A stretch of DNA of 64,000 nt from an uncultured delta proteobacterium. Its GTDB lineage: Bacteria > Desulfobacterota > Desulfobaccia > Desulfobaccales > 0-14-0-80-60-11. Made by a program: the position numbers and the translations under genes. Where the stretch lies: NCBI GenBank assembly GCA_963812015.1, contig CAWETI010000003.1, positions 1,152,001-1,216,000 on the forward strand. Reading direction: 5' to 3'. Below the pieces are notes generated by a model. The model ran no database searches. It was not told the origin of the DNA and saw nothing but the letters and a program-made list of their open reading frames with translations. Positions 31,027-41,309 of this stretch are shown here, one piece after another (positions within the stretch are counted from its first letter, which is position 1; the number at the start of each line of letters is the position of its first letter).

Positions 31027-31060
31027 AAGACGTCGACCTGGCCCAGATCGGCGTCTTTTT
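31027..31060 (+). terminator. Putative intrinsic terminator between the ferredoxin genes
   Basis: AAGACGTCGACCTG / CAGATCGGCGTCTT stem followed by a T-run. Confidence 0.55.
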
Positions 31061-31098
31061 GTCTTTACTCATACATAATATAAAGGGAGGTGAGTATC

Positions 31099-31287
31099 AT
31101 GGGCTGGGAAGTTGATATCGATGCCGATAAGTGCACCGGCGACGAGGAGTGCGTCAATATTTGTCCCGTAGGCGTGATCGAGATGCAGGGGGATAAAGCC
31201 GTGGCGGTTAATCTCGACGAGTGTCTGGGTTGCGAAAGTTGTGTTGAGGCCTGCCCCTCGGGCGCCATCACCGTAACCGAAACCTGA
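31099..31287 (+). CDS. Second dicluster ferredoxin paralogue (CxxDxxC)
   Basis: CTGDEECVNICP and CLGCESCVEACP; RBS GGGAGG. Confidence 0.93.
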   Translation: MGWEVDIDADKCTGDEECVNICPVGVIEMQGDKAVAVNLDECLGCESCVEACPSGAITVTET

Positions 31288-31314
31288 ATCGATTATTTTG
31301 CTCTTAATAAGCGG

Positions 31315-31348
31315 AAAACGCCGGCCTGACTTCAGACCGGCGTTTTTT
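31315..31348 (+). terminator. Intrinsic terminator, possibly bidirectional
   Basis: AAAACGCCGG...CCGGCGTTTTTT. Confidence 0.75.
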
Positions 31349-31530
31349 ATGGGGCGCTTGACAAAAAGGGGAGGGGGAGGGGTTGCCATCCCGCCTGCCT
31401 CGCCCTCAATTCCCCCTCAAGGCTGCGGTCGCCCCACCCCTTGGGGGGACGTGGCAACCCCGGGTTACCCCAGGGGGATTCAGGAAAATCGCGTGAGAGC
31501 CGTGCCCCCGATCACGCTAGCCAACCCGTT

Positions 31531-31995
31531 TCACTTCGTATAGAGATTGACCAGGTGGACCGGAACCGGGGAGTTGGCCATCACTTTTTTGGCCACGCTG
31601 CCGAAATCGGCGCTCTTCTGGTCGAGCGCGTCATGGCCGCGGCCGTGGCTGGTCAAGACCACCATGTCGGCCTTGGTTTCCTTGGCCACCTTCAGGATTT
31701 CAGTGGCGGCATCGCCCTGCACCAGTTTCACTTCGATATTGGGACAGGCTTTTAATTCCGTTTGACACACCGACTCCAAATGTTTTTTGGCCTGCTTTAA
31801 TTCCCAACTCTGAAAATGTTCTAATTGCTCCGCACTGGGATCGCCATAGGCCCTGAAATAAGACAGCAAATCCACCCCGACAAAGAGAAGGATGACTTTG
31901 GCCTGATACTTCTGGGCGAGTGAAGACACGTGCTTGGCGGCCTTGATCGAATTCTTGGACAAATCTGTGGGCCACAGGATGGTGCGTACTTCCAT
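31531..31995 (-). CDS. Universal stress protein
   Basis: ILWPTDLS, GDAATEI, DMVVLTSHGRG, FGSVAKKV..SPVPV. Confidence 0.92.
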   Translation of the reverse strand: MEVRTILWPTDLSKNSIKAAKHVSSLAQKYQAKVILLFVGVDLLSYFRAYGDPSAEQLEHFQSWELKQAKKHLESVCQTELKACPNIEVKLVQGDAATEILKVAKETKADMVVLTSHGRGHDALDQKSADFGSVAKKVMANSPVPVHLVNLYTK

Positions 31996-32165
31996 CGAAG
32001 ACCTCCCTATTACGGTAAATGTGCCAATAATATAAGCATATCACCCCCGCTTGAAAAGGGTTTTTCTCCGATTTGCACCCTTTTTTCTGCTGAGGGTGAG
32101 GATTTCTCATGCGGCGCGCCGGAACGGGCGTCGCCCGCCCCGGCGCCCAAGAGCCGCACCGGGCC

Positions 32166-33950
32166 TTAACTGATCATCCGTTTGCGCAGACGGATGGATT
32201 GGGGGGTGACTTCCACCAGTTCATCGTCGTTGATGAACTCCATGGCCTGCTCCAGGGTGAACTGGCGGGCCGGCACCAGGCGCAGGGCCTCGTCGGTGCC
32301 GGAGGCCCGCATGTTGGTGAGTTTCTTCTCCTTGCTGATGTTCACCACCATGTCATCCGGGCGGGTGTTTTCGCCGACGATCAACCCGCGGTAGGCGGGG
32401 TCATTGGGCTTCACAAAGATGGTGCCCCGGGGCTGTAAATGGAAGATGGCATACGGCACGGCCCGGCCGGGGCGGTCTGCGACCAGGACGCCGTTGATCC
32501 GGCCGGCGATCTCCCCGGCATAGGGGGTGGTGCCCACCAGGAGAGCGTTCAGCAGCCCCGTGCCCCGGGTATCGTTCAAGAACTGGCCCCGGAAGCCGAT
32601 GAGGCCCCGGGAGGGGATTTCAAACTCCAGGCGGACCCGGCCGGAGCCATGGTTGACCATTTTCATCAGCCGGCCCCGGCGGCTGCTCAGCTTTTCCGTG
32701 ACGATGCCCACGAATTCCTCGGGAATATCCACCACCGCCAGTTCCAGGGGTTCTCTGGTCTCCCCGTCGACTTCCTGGGTCAAGACCTTGGGCTTGGAGA
32801 GAGACAGCTCAAACCCCTCCCGGCGCATCATCTCGATGAGCACCGCCAGTTGCAGCTCTCCCCGGGCACTCACCCGGAAGGCGTCCCGGGTCTGCGCCGG
32901 CTCCACCCGGATGCTCACGTTGTAGAGCACTTCCTTATCCAGGCGCTCCTTGATGTGCCGGGAAGTCAACAGGCGCCCTTCTTTGCCGGCCAGGGGCGAA
33001 GTGTTGACGGAGAAGATCATGGAAATGGTGGGCTCTTCCACGGTGATCACCGGCAAGGCCCGGGGGTCGAGGGGGTCGCCCAGGGTGTCCCCGATGAAGG
33101 CTTGGGGGATCCCGGCCACCGCGGCGATATCACCCGCCGCGAGGACCTCCCGGGAGGTCCGCTCCAGGCCGTCATAGCTGTAAACCTGGGTGAGATTGGT
33201 CTTGCCGGTGACCTGGCCCTTTTTCAAGAGGGCCACTTCTTGCCCCTGGCGCAACTCCCCGTTGACGATTTTCCCCACCGCGATCAAACCCACGTAGTCG
33301 CTGTAATCCAGGTTGGTAACCAGAAATTGCAGGGGGGCCTCCGGGTCGTAGGCGGGGGCGGGGATAGCCGTCAGCATCGTCTCAAACAGGGGCACCAGGT
33401 CCTGCCCCTGGCCTTCGGGGTCGGTGAGGGCGATGCCGGCCTTGGCGTTGGTGTAGATCACCGGGAATTCCAACTGCGCCTCGGTGGCATCCAGGTCGAT
33501 GAACAGATCATAGATTTCGTTTAAAACTTCCTGGATGCGGCGGTCGGGGCGGTCGATTTTATTGATGACCACGATGACCGGCAGGCCCTGCTCCAAGGCC
33601 TTGCCCAGGACAAACCGGGTCTGGGGCAGGGGCCCTTCCGTGGCGTCCACCAGGAGTAGAACGCCGTCCACCATGTTCAGGGTGCGCTCCACCTCGCCGC
33701 CAAAATCGGCGTGTCCCGGGGTGTCCACGATGTTGATCTTGACGCCCCTATAGATAATGGACATGTTCTTGGCCATGATGGTGATGCCCTTTTCCCGCTC
33801 CAGGTCCATGCTGTCCATGACCCGCTCCACCACCTGCTCGTTCTCCCGGAAGATGCCGCTCTGCCAGAGCATGGCATCCGCCAGGGTGGTCTTGCCGTGA
33901 TCCACGTGGGCGATGATGGCCAGATTGCGTAAATCTTCGCGAACTTGCAT
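32166..33950 (-). CDS. typA: Translational GTPase TypA/BipA
   Basis: [59 protein letters not shown]. Confidence 0.97.
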   Translation of the reverse strand: MQVREDLRNLAIIAHVDHGKTTLADAMLWQSGIFRENEQVVERVMDSMDLEREKGITIMAKNMSIIYRGVKINIVDTPGHADFGGEVERTLNMVDGVLLLVDATEGPLPQTRFVLGKALEQGLPVIVVINKIDRPDRRIQEVLNEIYDLFIDLDATEAQLEFPVIYTNAKAGIALTDPEGQGQDLVPLFETMLTAIPAPAYDPEAPLQFLVTNLDYSDYVGLIAVGKIVNGELRQGQEVALLKKGQVTGKTNLTQVYSYDGLERTSREVLAAGDIAAVAGIPQAFIGDTLGDPLDPRALPVITVEEPTISMIFSVNTSPLAGKEGRLLTSRHIKERLDKEVLYNVSIRVEPAQTRDAFRVSARGELQLAVLIEMMRREGFELSLSKPKVLTQEVDGETREPLELAVVDIPEEFVGIVTEKLSSRRGRLMKMVNHGSGRVRLEFEIPSRGLIGFRGQFLNDTRGTGLLNALLVGTTPYAGEIAGRINGVLVADRPGRAVPYAIFHLQPRGTIFVKPNDPAYRGLIVGENTRPDDMVVNISKEKKLTNMRASGTDEALRLVPARQFTLEQAMEFINDDELVEVTPQSIRLRKRMIS

Positions 33951-33978
33951 AAACTCTCCGATAAGTGCAAAAAGACTA

Positions 33979-34496
33979 TTGAGGGAGGGTGCTAGGGGCC
34001 GAGGGCCCCTAGCACCTCCCTCAAACTCCCTCCCCCAACCCCCATAAGGGAGGTGGAAAGAAGGCGTAGGGGCACGGCGGGCCTTGCCCGCGGTGTAGGG
34101 TGCGTTTTCCGCACCATATCAAAGCACCGGCGGGACGCCGGCGCCACCGATGATCCAGGAGTTTCACATGAGATGACAGCGATTCCGGGCCGGACAGGTG
34201 CCCCGTCCGGTGGCTCTTGGCTGGCTGTGGTCCGCGGCAAATTCCCGGCAGCAATTTATTAAACTTTAATTATAACGGCTATGGGGTTATTGTGCAAGGT
34301 CTCAGTGATATCGGGGTCAGAGGGAAAATCAAAGCGGAGCATGACGAACCTGAGCGTTCCCAAGCGGGAGCCTGGAACCGATTTCATGGTCGGGACGGGG
34401 CGCGACTTTAGGCTATGAACCCCCCCCGGCGCCCCGTTAATTGTAGGTATGATCTTATGCCGTTTTCTGGTCGGGGCGCACCCAGGTGTGCGCCCC
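33979..34496. repeat. Cluster of REP-like palindromes of different sequence classes
   Basis: Long inverted repeat 33979-34024; GTAG/GTGG-led hairpins at 34066-34089, 34095-34115, 34124-34147 (minus), 34470-34496. Confidence 0.6.
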
Positions 34497-34504
34497 AGGC
34501 GGGT

Positions 34505-35179
34505 TCATGCCGCCGGCAGGCCTAGTTCCGTCTTGAAGGTATCCAGGCCGATCTCATCGATGATCCGGCCCAGGCGCTTCTTTTGGTTCCGGTCTTTGTA
34601 CCAGTCCAGCAGTCGCTCGGACAGGGCGATGGCCTCGACATCCGTCAGGTCGGCGGCGATGAGGTCCGCCAGGCGGGGTTTGAGGCCCGAGGCGAACCCG
34701 CCCGCCAGCACCCGCCAGCCCTTGGCCGCGCCCACCAGCCCCAGGTCCTTGATGGCGGACTCGGCACAGTTGTTGGGGCAGCCCGAGACCCCGATCTTGA
34801 ACTTGAAGGGCAGGGGCATGCCGTGATACTTCTCATCGAGGTGGAGCCCCACCCCCACCGCGTCTTGCATGCCGATCCGGCAGAAGGTGGTGCCGGGGCA
34901 GATCTTGATGGACCGCACACAGAGACCGATGGCCGCCCCGGGCACGAGCCCCAGTTCCTGCCAGACCTGGTCCAGGTCTTCGGGCTTCAGTCCCACCAGG
35001 GCAAAGCGTTGCGCCGAAGTAAGTTTGATGGCCTTGACGCCATATTTTTCCGCCACGTCGGCTATCCGGCGCAGCAGGTTGAAATCGGTGATAATCCCGC
35101 CAGGAATATGGGGCGCGATGGCGTAGCTTTCTTTGTCCCGCTGGATAATTGCCCCCTTTTCCAGTAAATCATCAGCCAT
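34505..35179 (-). CDS. Small monomeric siroheme sulfite/nitrite reductase (low-molecular-weight assimilatory type, alSir-like)
   Basis: KGAIIQRDKESYAI, KLTSAQR, CPGTTFC, KIGVSGCPNNC; 224 aa. Confidence 0.85.
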   Translation of the reverse strand: MADDLLEKGAIIQRDKESYAIAPHIPGGIITDFNLLRRIADVAEKYGVKAIKLTSAQRFALVGLKPEDLDQVWQELGLVPGAAIGLCVRSIKICPGTTFCRIGMQDAVGVGLHLDEKYHGMPLPFKFKIGVSGCPNNCAESAIKDLGLVGAAKGWRVLAGGFASGLKPRLADLIAADLTDVEAIALSERLLDWYKDRNQKKRLGRIIDEIGLDTFKTELGLPAA

Positions 35180-35212
35180 GTACTGCCTCCTATCAGAAAA
35201 TATCAAATACCG

Positions 35213-35231
35213 GATAATAATAATTCTTATC
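35213..35231. promoter_or_regulatory. Fur-family operator
   Basis: GATAATAATAATTCTTATC matches 16/19 of GATAATGATAATCATTATC, about 34 nt upstream of the reductase start. Confidence 0.6.
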
Positions 35232-35451
35232 AAAAAACTTTCAAGGCCTAAGACCGGAAATTGTCCTCATTTTCCCGGAAAGCACCTGGTTATTGGTTAG
35301 TTACTTTTTGCCGGGCAGCCGCAGCCTGGGCTGGCGCCTTCCCCGTGTCCGGCCGGATCAGCGATTTTTGCGGCCATACCCACCTGGCGCCGGATCGCTG
35401 AGGTCCATGGACATCATTTCCCCGGGGCGCGCTGGAACAAGGCAAATCTCC

Positions 35452-35492
35452 TTGAAAACCTCAGCTACCTCAGGTACATTAATCCTGAGGTA
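35452..35492 (+). promoter_or_regulatory. Sigma70-like promoter of the glycan locus with flanking palindrome
   Basis: TTGAAA-N17-TACATT; TACCTCAGG-N9-CCTGAGGTA straddles the -10. Confidence 0.55.
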
Positions 35493-35691
35493 TGGTTGGT
35501 TCACTTTTTTTCCAAGATTGCGCCAATCTAAGTCCAGGCAACCGGGCGGACCGGTGGCTGATCGTGATGGCCCACTCCCGATAGTGGGGCGGCTGCCGCG
35601 AGTACGCGCATGGTCGCCGGTCTCCAGACTGCGGTGCGGCGGCCCGCGGACCTTTTTAGTTCAGAACGTCCTTCGAAGAGGAGAAAATAGA

Positions 35692-36235
35692 ATGAACAAG
35701 GATGTTGCCTTTGCCACCGACCTCGTCCAAATAGAACCCTGGCCGATTACGAGGCACGCGCTGGTAATTGCCGAGGTGGGGATCAATCATAATGGCGATG
35801 TCAAAATTGCCAAGCAGTTAATTGACCTGGCCAAATAAGCCGGCTGTGATGCGGTCAAATTCCAAAAAAGGACTATCGACATCGTTTACACCAAGGAATT
35901 TCTGGATTCTCCAAGGGAGAGTCCCTGGGGGGCGACGCAGCGGCAACAGAAGGAAGGCCTTGAATTCGGCAAGGTTGAATTCGATGAAGATGAAATTGAT
36001 GCATACTGTCGAGCGGTCGGCATCGATTGGTTTGCCTCGGCCCGGGATGTCCCCAGCCAGCTTTTTCTCCGCCAATATAAGCTCAAATATAACAAGATTG
36101 CCTCGCCGATGGTCACCCACCTGGATCTCTTGAGGGCAGTGACGGAAGAGGGTACACTCACCTTCATCTCCACGGGGATGAGCACCTATGACGAGATTGA
36201 CGTCGCGGTGAAACTTTCAGAAGGCACGACTGCGC
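35692..36235 (+). pseudogene. NeuB-family synthase pseudogene
   Basis: IAEVGINHNGD..AK*AGCDAVKFQKR..ISTGMS; in-frame TAA 35836-35838, frameshift near 36211, then truncated. Confidence 0.85.
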
Positions 36236-36447
36236 CGGACGCGAACGTATATTGCGCTTGATCAACCTCTCTATGCAAGGGTTCGACGCAGCCGTAAAAG
36301 AATATTTGTCCGAGCATACTGTAACAGATGAATTTTATAGTAGTAAAAAATGGTGAAATGCATGAGGGTTGTCATTTCTGGCGTGTTTGTCCGTTAAAAC
36401 CCACGAAGTGATGTGTATCTATCTTCATTAGTATCCGGGGGCAATGA

Positions 36448-37668
36448 ATGACCGACATTACAAACCCTATCAAATATTTAGGCAATGAACTCAAGTATAT
36501 AAAAAAAGTTTTGGAGGGTGAATCGTGGTCAGCAACAGGTGGCAGCTGGACAATAGCTTTAGAGCGTGCCTTTGCTAAAAAGATCGGCACGAAGTATGCG
36601 GTTGCCTTCAATTCAGGCACGTCTACGCTCCATGCGGCCCTTGAAGCAGTCGGCGTTGGGGCAGGTGATGAAGTCATATCGCCGGCAATAACGGTCATCA
36701 TGGATACCACTGCTACTATGCACGCCAATGCTGTTCCAGTATTCGCTGATGTCAATCCGAAAACTTTTACCATGGATCCTGAGGATTTGGCCCGAAAAAT
36801 CACTCCAAAGACCAAAGCGATTATAACCGTCGCCATTTACGGCCTATCACCCGATATGGACCCCATCATGGAGATTGCCAAGCAGTACCATATACCAGTC
36901 ATCGAGGACAACGCCCAAGCCGTACTGAGTTATTACAAGGGACGCATGCTCGGAACCATTGGCGATGTGGCAAGTTTCAGCTTTGAGAATACGAAACACA
37001 TCTCCTGTGGCGAAGGCGGTATGATTGTTACCGACAAAGAGGCCTACGCTGAAATGGTGCGTAAGATAGGCGGACACGGTTTCAAGAACCTAAAAGCCGA
37101 CGAGGGCCGTATCAGGCTAAACCAAGATGTATTCCAGAACCCTCACTACAAGCGCCATGATGTGCTGGGCTGGAATTATCGGCTTTCCGAGTTCAACGCA
37201 GCCATCGCCTTGGCGCAGCTTGAGCGCGTTGAGGAGTTAGTCGATCTGCGCATAAAATCGGCCAACCTTTTCATCGATGCTATGAAGACCTGTGATTACC
37301 TGGTTCCCCAAGAGATTCCCGATGGATACGTGAACTCCTACTATACCCTCGGCGTTGTTTACGAAGGTCAGGACAGTATCGGGGTATCCTGGGAAGAATT
37401 TAGGAAGGCCTATATCGAAGCAGGAGGAGACGGCATTTACGGTGGCTGGAGCGTGCCCTATCTCGAACCAATGATGGTAACGCGCCAATTTGCGAAGCGG
37501 TGCCCTTGCATATACGAGAATGTCAGCTATCCCCGGGGCTTGTGCCCCGTGGCTGAGAGAATTCAGCCGAAGATCATGCAGTTCAAGACGAACTACCGCG
37601 ATGTGGAGCTTGCCGAGAGGAAGGCTGATATTCTGAGGAAGGTCATCAAGAGATTCGCGGCGCGGTAA
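36448..37668 (+). CDS. DegT/DnrJ/EryC1/StrS PLP aminotransferase
   Basis: NSGTSTLH, IEDNAQA, SFENTKHISCGEGG, GWNYRL. Confidence 0.93.
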   Translation: MTDITNPIKYLGNELKYIKKVLEGESWSATGGSWTIALERAFAKKIGTKYAVAFNSGTSTLHAALEAVGVGAGDEVISPAITVIMDTTATMHANAVPVFADVNPKTFTMDPEDLARKITPKTKAIITVAIYGLSPDMDPIMEIAKQYHIPVIEDNAQAVLSYYKGRMLGTIGDVASFSFENTKHISCGEGGMIVTDKEAYAEMVRKIGGHGFKNLKADEGRIRLNQDVFQNPHYKRHDVLGWNYRLSEFNAAIALAQLERVEELVDLRIKSANLFIDAMKTCDYLVPQEIPDGYVNSYYTLGVVYEGQDSIGVSWEEFRKAYIEAGGDGIYGGWSVPYLEPMMVTRQFAKRCPCIYENVSYPRGLCPVAERIQPKIMQFKTNYRDVELAERKADILRKVIKRFAAR

Positions 37669-37690
37669 TGAATAGTAGAGGGAGGTGGTT

Positions 37691-38752
37691 GTGTTCGATA
37701 TCGGTTTTTTCATGAGCTGTAATGAGCTGAAGAAGAAGCTCGCGCGAGGAGAAATAAAGGATAGGCAGTACATCATTGCCAGTCTCGACGAATTCCGAAG
37801 CAAGAAACCTGTTGTGTACAATATTGAGACGACCAATGCCTGCAACATGAAGTGTAAGATGTGTCCTCGTACGACGATGATGACGCGCAAGGTTGCAACG
37901 ATGGACAGCGTACTTTTCAGAGATATTGTAGACCAGATCGAACCCCATTCCCCTGAGCTTTGGAGCGAGTGGGAGTCATTCGTCCAGCAGGAATATGGCA
38001 TCCCGAAAAGCGCCATGAGCGAGAACCATTTTTTTCTCTACATTATCCCCCGGGTCATACAACTTCACGGCTATGGTGATCCGCTCCTCGATAAAGACAT
38101 GGCCGAGTACGTAGGCCTCCTGACGAGCCGTGGAATACCATCTTACTTCAGTTGTAATCCGGCTAATATCAACGTCGAAAAGACAACCGAGATATTCAAA
38201 AACGGTCTCGACTATATTAAATATTCCATTGAGAGTGTCGAGGACGAAAGCCATAAGCAGATAAGGGGCGCGGCATCTAACTTCACCGAAAGCTATAGGA
38301 AGATCGTACAACTTCTAGAAATCAAGAAAAAGATGAACTACAAGACTACAATAATCATTACAATGATAGATCTTAATCGAAAGACACAAAAAGAAGAGTT
38401 TATGTTGTTGAGTAAGGCTTTCGAGGGCCTCGATGTATATATCTACCTTAAGAGTGAGGACCAGCAGTGGTACCGGCAGGATTTCCACGGCACGAAATCT
38501 ATCCACTGGTCCGAGTTCTGCAAGCATCCCTGGATGTCCATGACAATTAAGTCCAACGGTGAAGCAGCCATGTGCATGGAGGACTTCGACAACGAGATAA
38601 TCCTGGGTGACGCCCGAAAGGAAACACTCTATAACATATGGAACGGCGATAAGTACAAGCGTTTCAGGCTCGACCATATTAATCTGACCAAGGCGATCAA
38701 GTGCAGTGAACGGTGTGACATGAAAATGGTTGGAGATTTCCTGCCGCGCTAA
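37691..38752 (+). CDS. Radical SAM protein with SPASM/Twitch domain (paralogue 1)
   Basis: CNMKCKMC, LHGYGDPLLD, CKHPW..NGE..C..D, CSERC; GTG after GGAGG. Confidence 0.9.
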   Translation: MFDIGFFMSCNELKKKLARGEIKDRQYIIASLDEFRSKKPVVYNIETTNACNMKCKMCPRTTMMTRKVATMDSVLFRDIVDQIEPHSPELWSEWESFVQQEYGIPKSAMSENHFFLYIIPRVIQLHGYGDPLLDKDMAEYVGLLTSRGIPSYFSCNPANINVEKTTEIFKNGLDYIKYSIESVEDESHKQIRGAASNFTESYRKIVQLLEIKKKMNYKTTIIITMIDLNRKTQKEEFMLLSKAFEGLDVYIYLKSEDQQWYRQDFHGTKSIHWSEFCKHPWMSMTIKSNGEAAMCMEDFDNEIILGDARKETLYNIWNGDKYKRFRLDHINLTKAIKCSERCDMKMVGDFLPR

Positions 38753-38783
38753 AGGGCAAAATCTTTTTCGGAAGGAGTTTTGA

Positions 38784-39656
38784 ATGAAAACCATCAAGAT
38801 CGATGGCCAGCTCGTTGGTGAAAATCAGCCAATTTACATGATCGCCGAAATAGGCCTCAACCATAATGGTGATATCCAGATAGCAAAAAAGCTCATCGAT
38901 GCGGTCTTCGCAACGAACTGGAACTGCGCCAAATTTCAGAAGCGTACACCTTCGATATGTGTTCCCGAAAGTCAGAAGAACCTGATGCGAGATACGCCCT
39001 GGGGAAGAATAACTTACCTCGAATACCGATACAAGGTGGAATTCGAGAAGGAGCATTATGACTATATAGACAGATACTGTAAGGAAAAACCCATCGCCTG
39101 GACGGCGTCCGTCTGGGATTTGAAGAGTTTGGAATTCATTATGGGTTATGACGTGCCCTTCATCAAGATACCATCAGCCAAACTGACGGAACATGCGTGT
39201 CTTATAGAGGCTTCAAAAACTGGTAAACCCATCGTTTTATCAACCGGCATGAGCACCGTCCCGGAGATCGATACGGCCGTTGATCTGCTCGAAAAACATG
39301 CCGGGGGAGGCTACGTGTTGATGCACACCAATTCCGTTTATCCCGCGCCGCCTGAGGAGCTAAACTTGCGGGTCATAAACTTCCTAAAGGAGCGGTACGG
39401 CTGCGTCGTCGGTTACAGCGGCCATGAGGAAGACGTGGAGCCCTCGGTAATCGCAGCTTCGCTTGGAGCAAGCCTGATTGAAAGGCACGTGACGCTCGAT
39501 CACCACATGTGGGGCTCCGACCATTTCGCAAGCCTCGAAGTGCATGGCATGAGCCTGCTGCTTAAGAGGATAAAGAATATCAATGTTATCCTTGGCGACG
39601 GCGTCAAGAAGCTCACGGAAAAAGAAAAAGAAGTCAGAAAAAAACTTAAGGGATAG
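38784..39656 (+). CDS. NeuB-family nonulosonate synthase, short form without SAF domain
   Basis: IAEIGLNHNGD, KFQKR, LSTGMS, MHTNSVYP, GYSGHE, IERHVTLD. Confidence 0.92.
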   Translation: MKTIKIDGQLVGENQPIYMIAEIGLNHNGDIQIAKKLIDAVFATNWNCAKFQKRTPSICVPESQKNLMRDTPWGRITYLEYRYKVEFEKEHYDYIDRYCKEKPIAWTASVWDLKSLEFIMGYDVPFIKIPSAKLTEHACLIEASKTGKPIVLSTGMSTVPEIDTAVDLLEKHAGGGYVLMHTNSVYPAPPEELNLRVINFLKERYGCVVGYSGHEEDVEPSVIAASLGASLIERHVTLDHHMWGSDHFASLEVHGMSLLLKRIKNINVILGDGVKKLTEKEKEVRKKLKG

Positions 39657-39663
39657 TAATCCT

Positions 39664-40425
39664 ATGAAAAGCGCCATTTTTATAACTGTCAGGTCCGATT
39701 CGAGCCGACTACCCCAAAAGGCTCTTCTCCCTATACTTGGCAAACCCACGATAGAAATGGTTATATTGCGAGCGAAGCTCGTCAGGAATGCCGATACCGT
39801 CATCGTCTGCACCACAGAAAGATCTATAGACGATGGAATAGTAAAGATAGCCTCTCGTTGCGGTGTCCAGCATTTCCGAGGTAGCCTTGAAGACAAGCTG
39901 GATCGTTGGCTTGGTGCAACGAGGCAATTCAACATCGACTTTTTCGTTACATTGGATGGAGACGACTTGCTCTGCGATCCCGAACTGATGGAGGCAGGAA
40001 TTGAGCAACTCAAGACAACGGACGTAGATTTCCTAGAGGCCCCTGAAGGTCTCATCTGTGGTTCTTTTACCTATGGCATCCGGTCATCGGCGCTTGAAAA
40101 GGTCTGTACCATAAAAGGCACCAGCGATACGGAGATGATGTGGGTCTATTTTAAAGATACCCGCCTGTTCAATGTAGCGACGCTCGCCGTGCAGGACCCC
40201 ATCTTTTTCGACCCTGATATCCGCCTGACTCTCGATTATGAGGAGGATTTAGCATTTTTCCAAGCCATTTTCCAACATTACCAATGCATCAATAACGATA
40301 CCCCTTTGAGAGTCATCGTGCCATTCCTGAAAAAACATCCCGAAATTGTGCAGTTTAACGCTTTCAGGCGCCAAGATTGGACAACGAATCAAAAATTAAA
40401 AGCGAAACTCATTTTGAAAGATTGA
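39664..40425 (+). CDS. Cytidylyltransferase-family protein (SpsF-like)
   Basis: VRSDSSRLPQK, FRGSLED, LDGDD, IRLTLDYEEDL. Confidence 0.88.
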   Translation: MKSAIFITVRSDSSRLPQKALLPILGKPTIEMVILRAKLVRNADTVIVCTTERSIDDGIVKIASRCGVQHFRGSLEDKLDRWLGATRQFNIDFFVTLDGDDLLCDPELMEAGIEQLKTTDVDFLEAPEGLICGSFTYGIRSSALEKVCTIKGTSDTEMMWVYFKDTRLFNVATLAVQDPIFFDPDIRLTLDYEEDLAFFQAIFQHYQCINNDTPLRVIVPFLKKHPEIVQFNAFRRQDWTTNQKLKAKLILKD

Positions 40426-40569
40426 GTAACGTTTTAGAAATTCTACAATTGCATAAATAATGAGCACCTATCATAAACGTTTTTTTGGAAAACTCAAGCT
40501 ATGGTGGCATAGTATGAGCAAAATCTTGTTTGTTTATCCTTACAAAGAAGGATATCCTATTATGCCATG

Positions 40570-41301
40570 AAGCCGGCGGGGTTCCGGTGCTTTGGGATAT
40601 CCAAAGCACCGCGGTGGCTGAATGGGCCCGGGAGATTGCGACGCAATATGGGGTGGATTGCCGGGGCATGGCCGTTGACATCACCTCCCCCGAGGCGGTC
40701 AAAAGCGGTTTTGACCAGATGTTGTCCCGGTTTAACCGGGCCGACATTCTGATCAACAATGCGGCTAATGACCCAAAAGTCACCACAACCGCCGATCTTG
40801 CCTGGAGTCGCCTGGAGAACTTCTCCCTGGACCGCTTGCCTGCAAGATATGGCGGTGGGCTTAACGGGGGCTTTTCTGTGCAGCCAGACGGTGGGTTCCT
40901 CCATGGCCAGGTAGGGCGGTGGAGTCATCTTGAATGTCGCCTCTGATCTTGGGGTGATTGCCCCGGATCAACGCCTCTATCGTGAGGAAGGGGTGGCGGC
41001 GGATCGGCAACCGGTCAAACCGGTGACCTATTCGGTGATCAAGCACGGTTTAATCGGCCTGACCAAGTATCTGGCCACCTATTGGGCCGAGAACAACGTC
41101 CGGATGAACTCCCTTTCCCCCTGGGACATTCATACTAATCAGCCTGAAGCTTTCGTCAAGGAACTAACCGGCCTCATCCCTCTGGGCCGCATGGCTTCTT
41201 GCGATGATTACAGGGCGGCGGCACTTTTTCTGGTCTCAGACGCCTCCTCTTATATTACCGAGGCGAATTTGATCGTGGATGGCGGCAGGACTTGTTGGTA
41301 G
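40570..41301 (+). pseudogene. PtmA-like SDR pseudogene
   Basis: DILINNAA, NVASDLG, YSVIKHG, DGGRTCW; N-terminal Rossmann motif absent, frameshift near 40839, in-frame TAG 40911-40913. Confidence 0.8.
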
Positions 41302-41309
41302 GTATCTAA

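Noticed and set aside
33979..34496. CRISPR array or tRNA cluster
   Set aside because: The palindromes differ from each other, have no regular spacers, no cas genes nearby and no tRNA consensus.
35293..35691. N-terminal extension of the first neuB ORF
   Set aside because: It runs through promoter-like DNA; the RBS GAGGAG supports ATG 35692.
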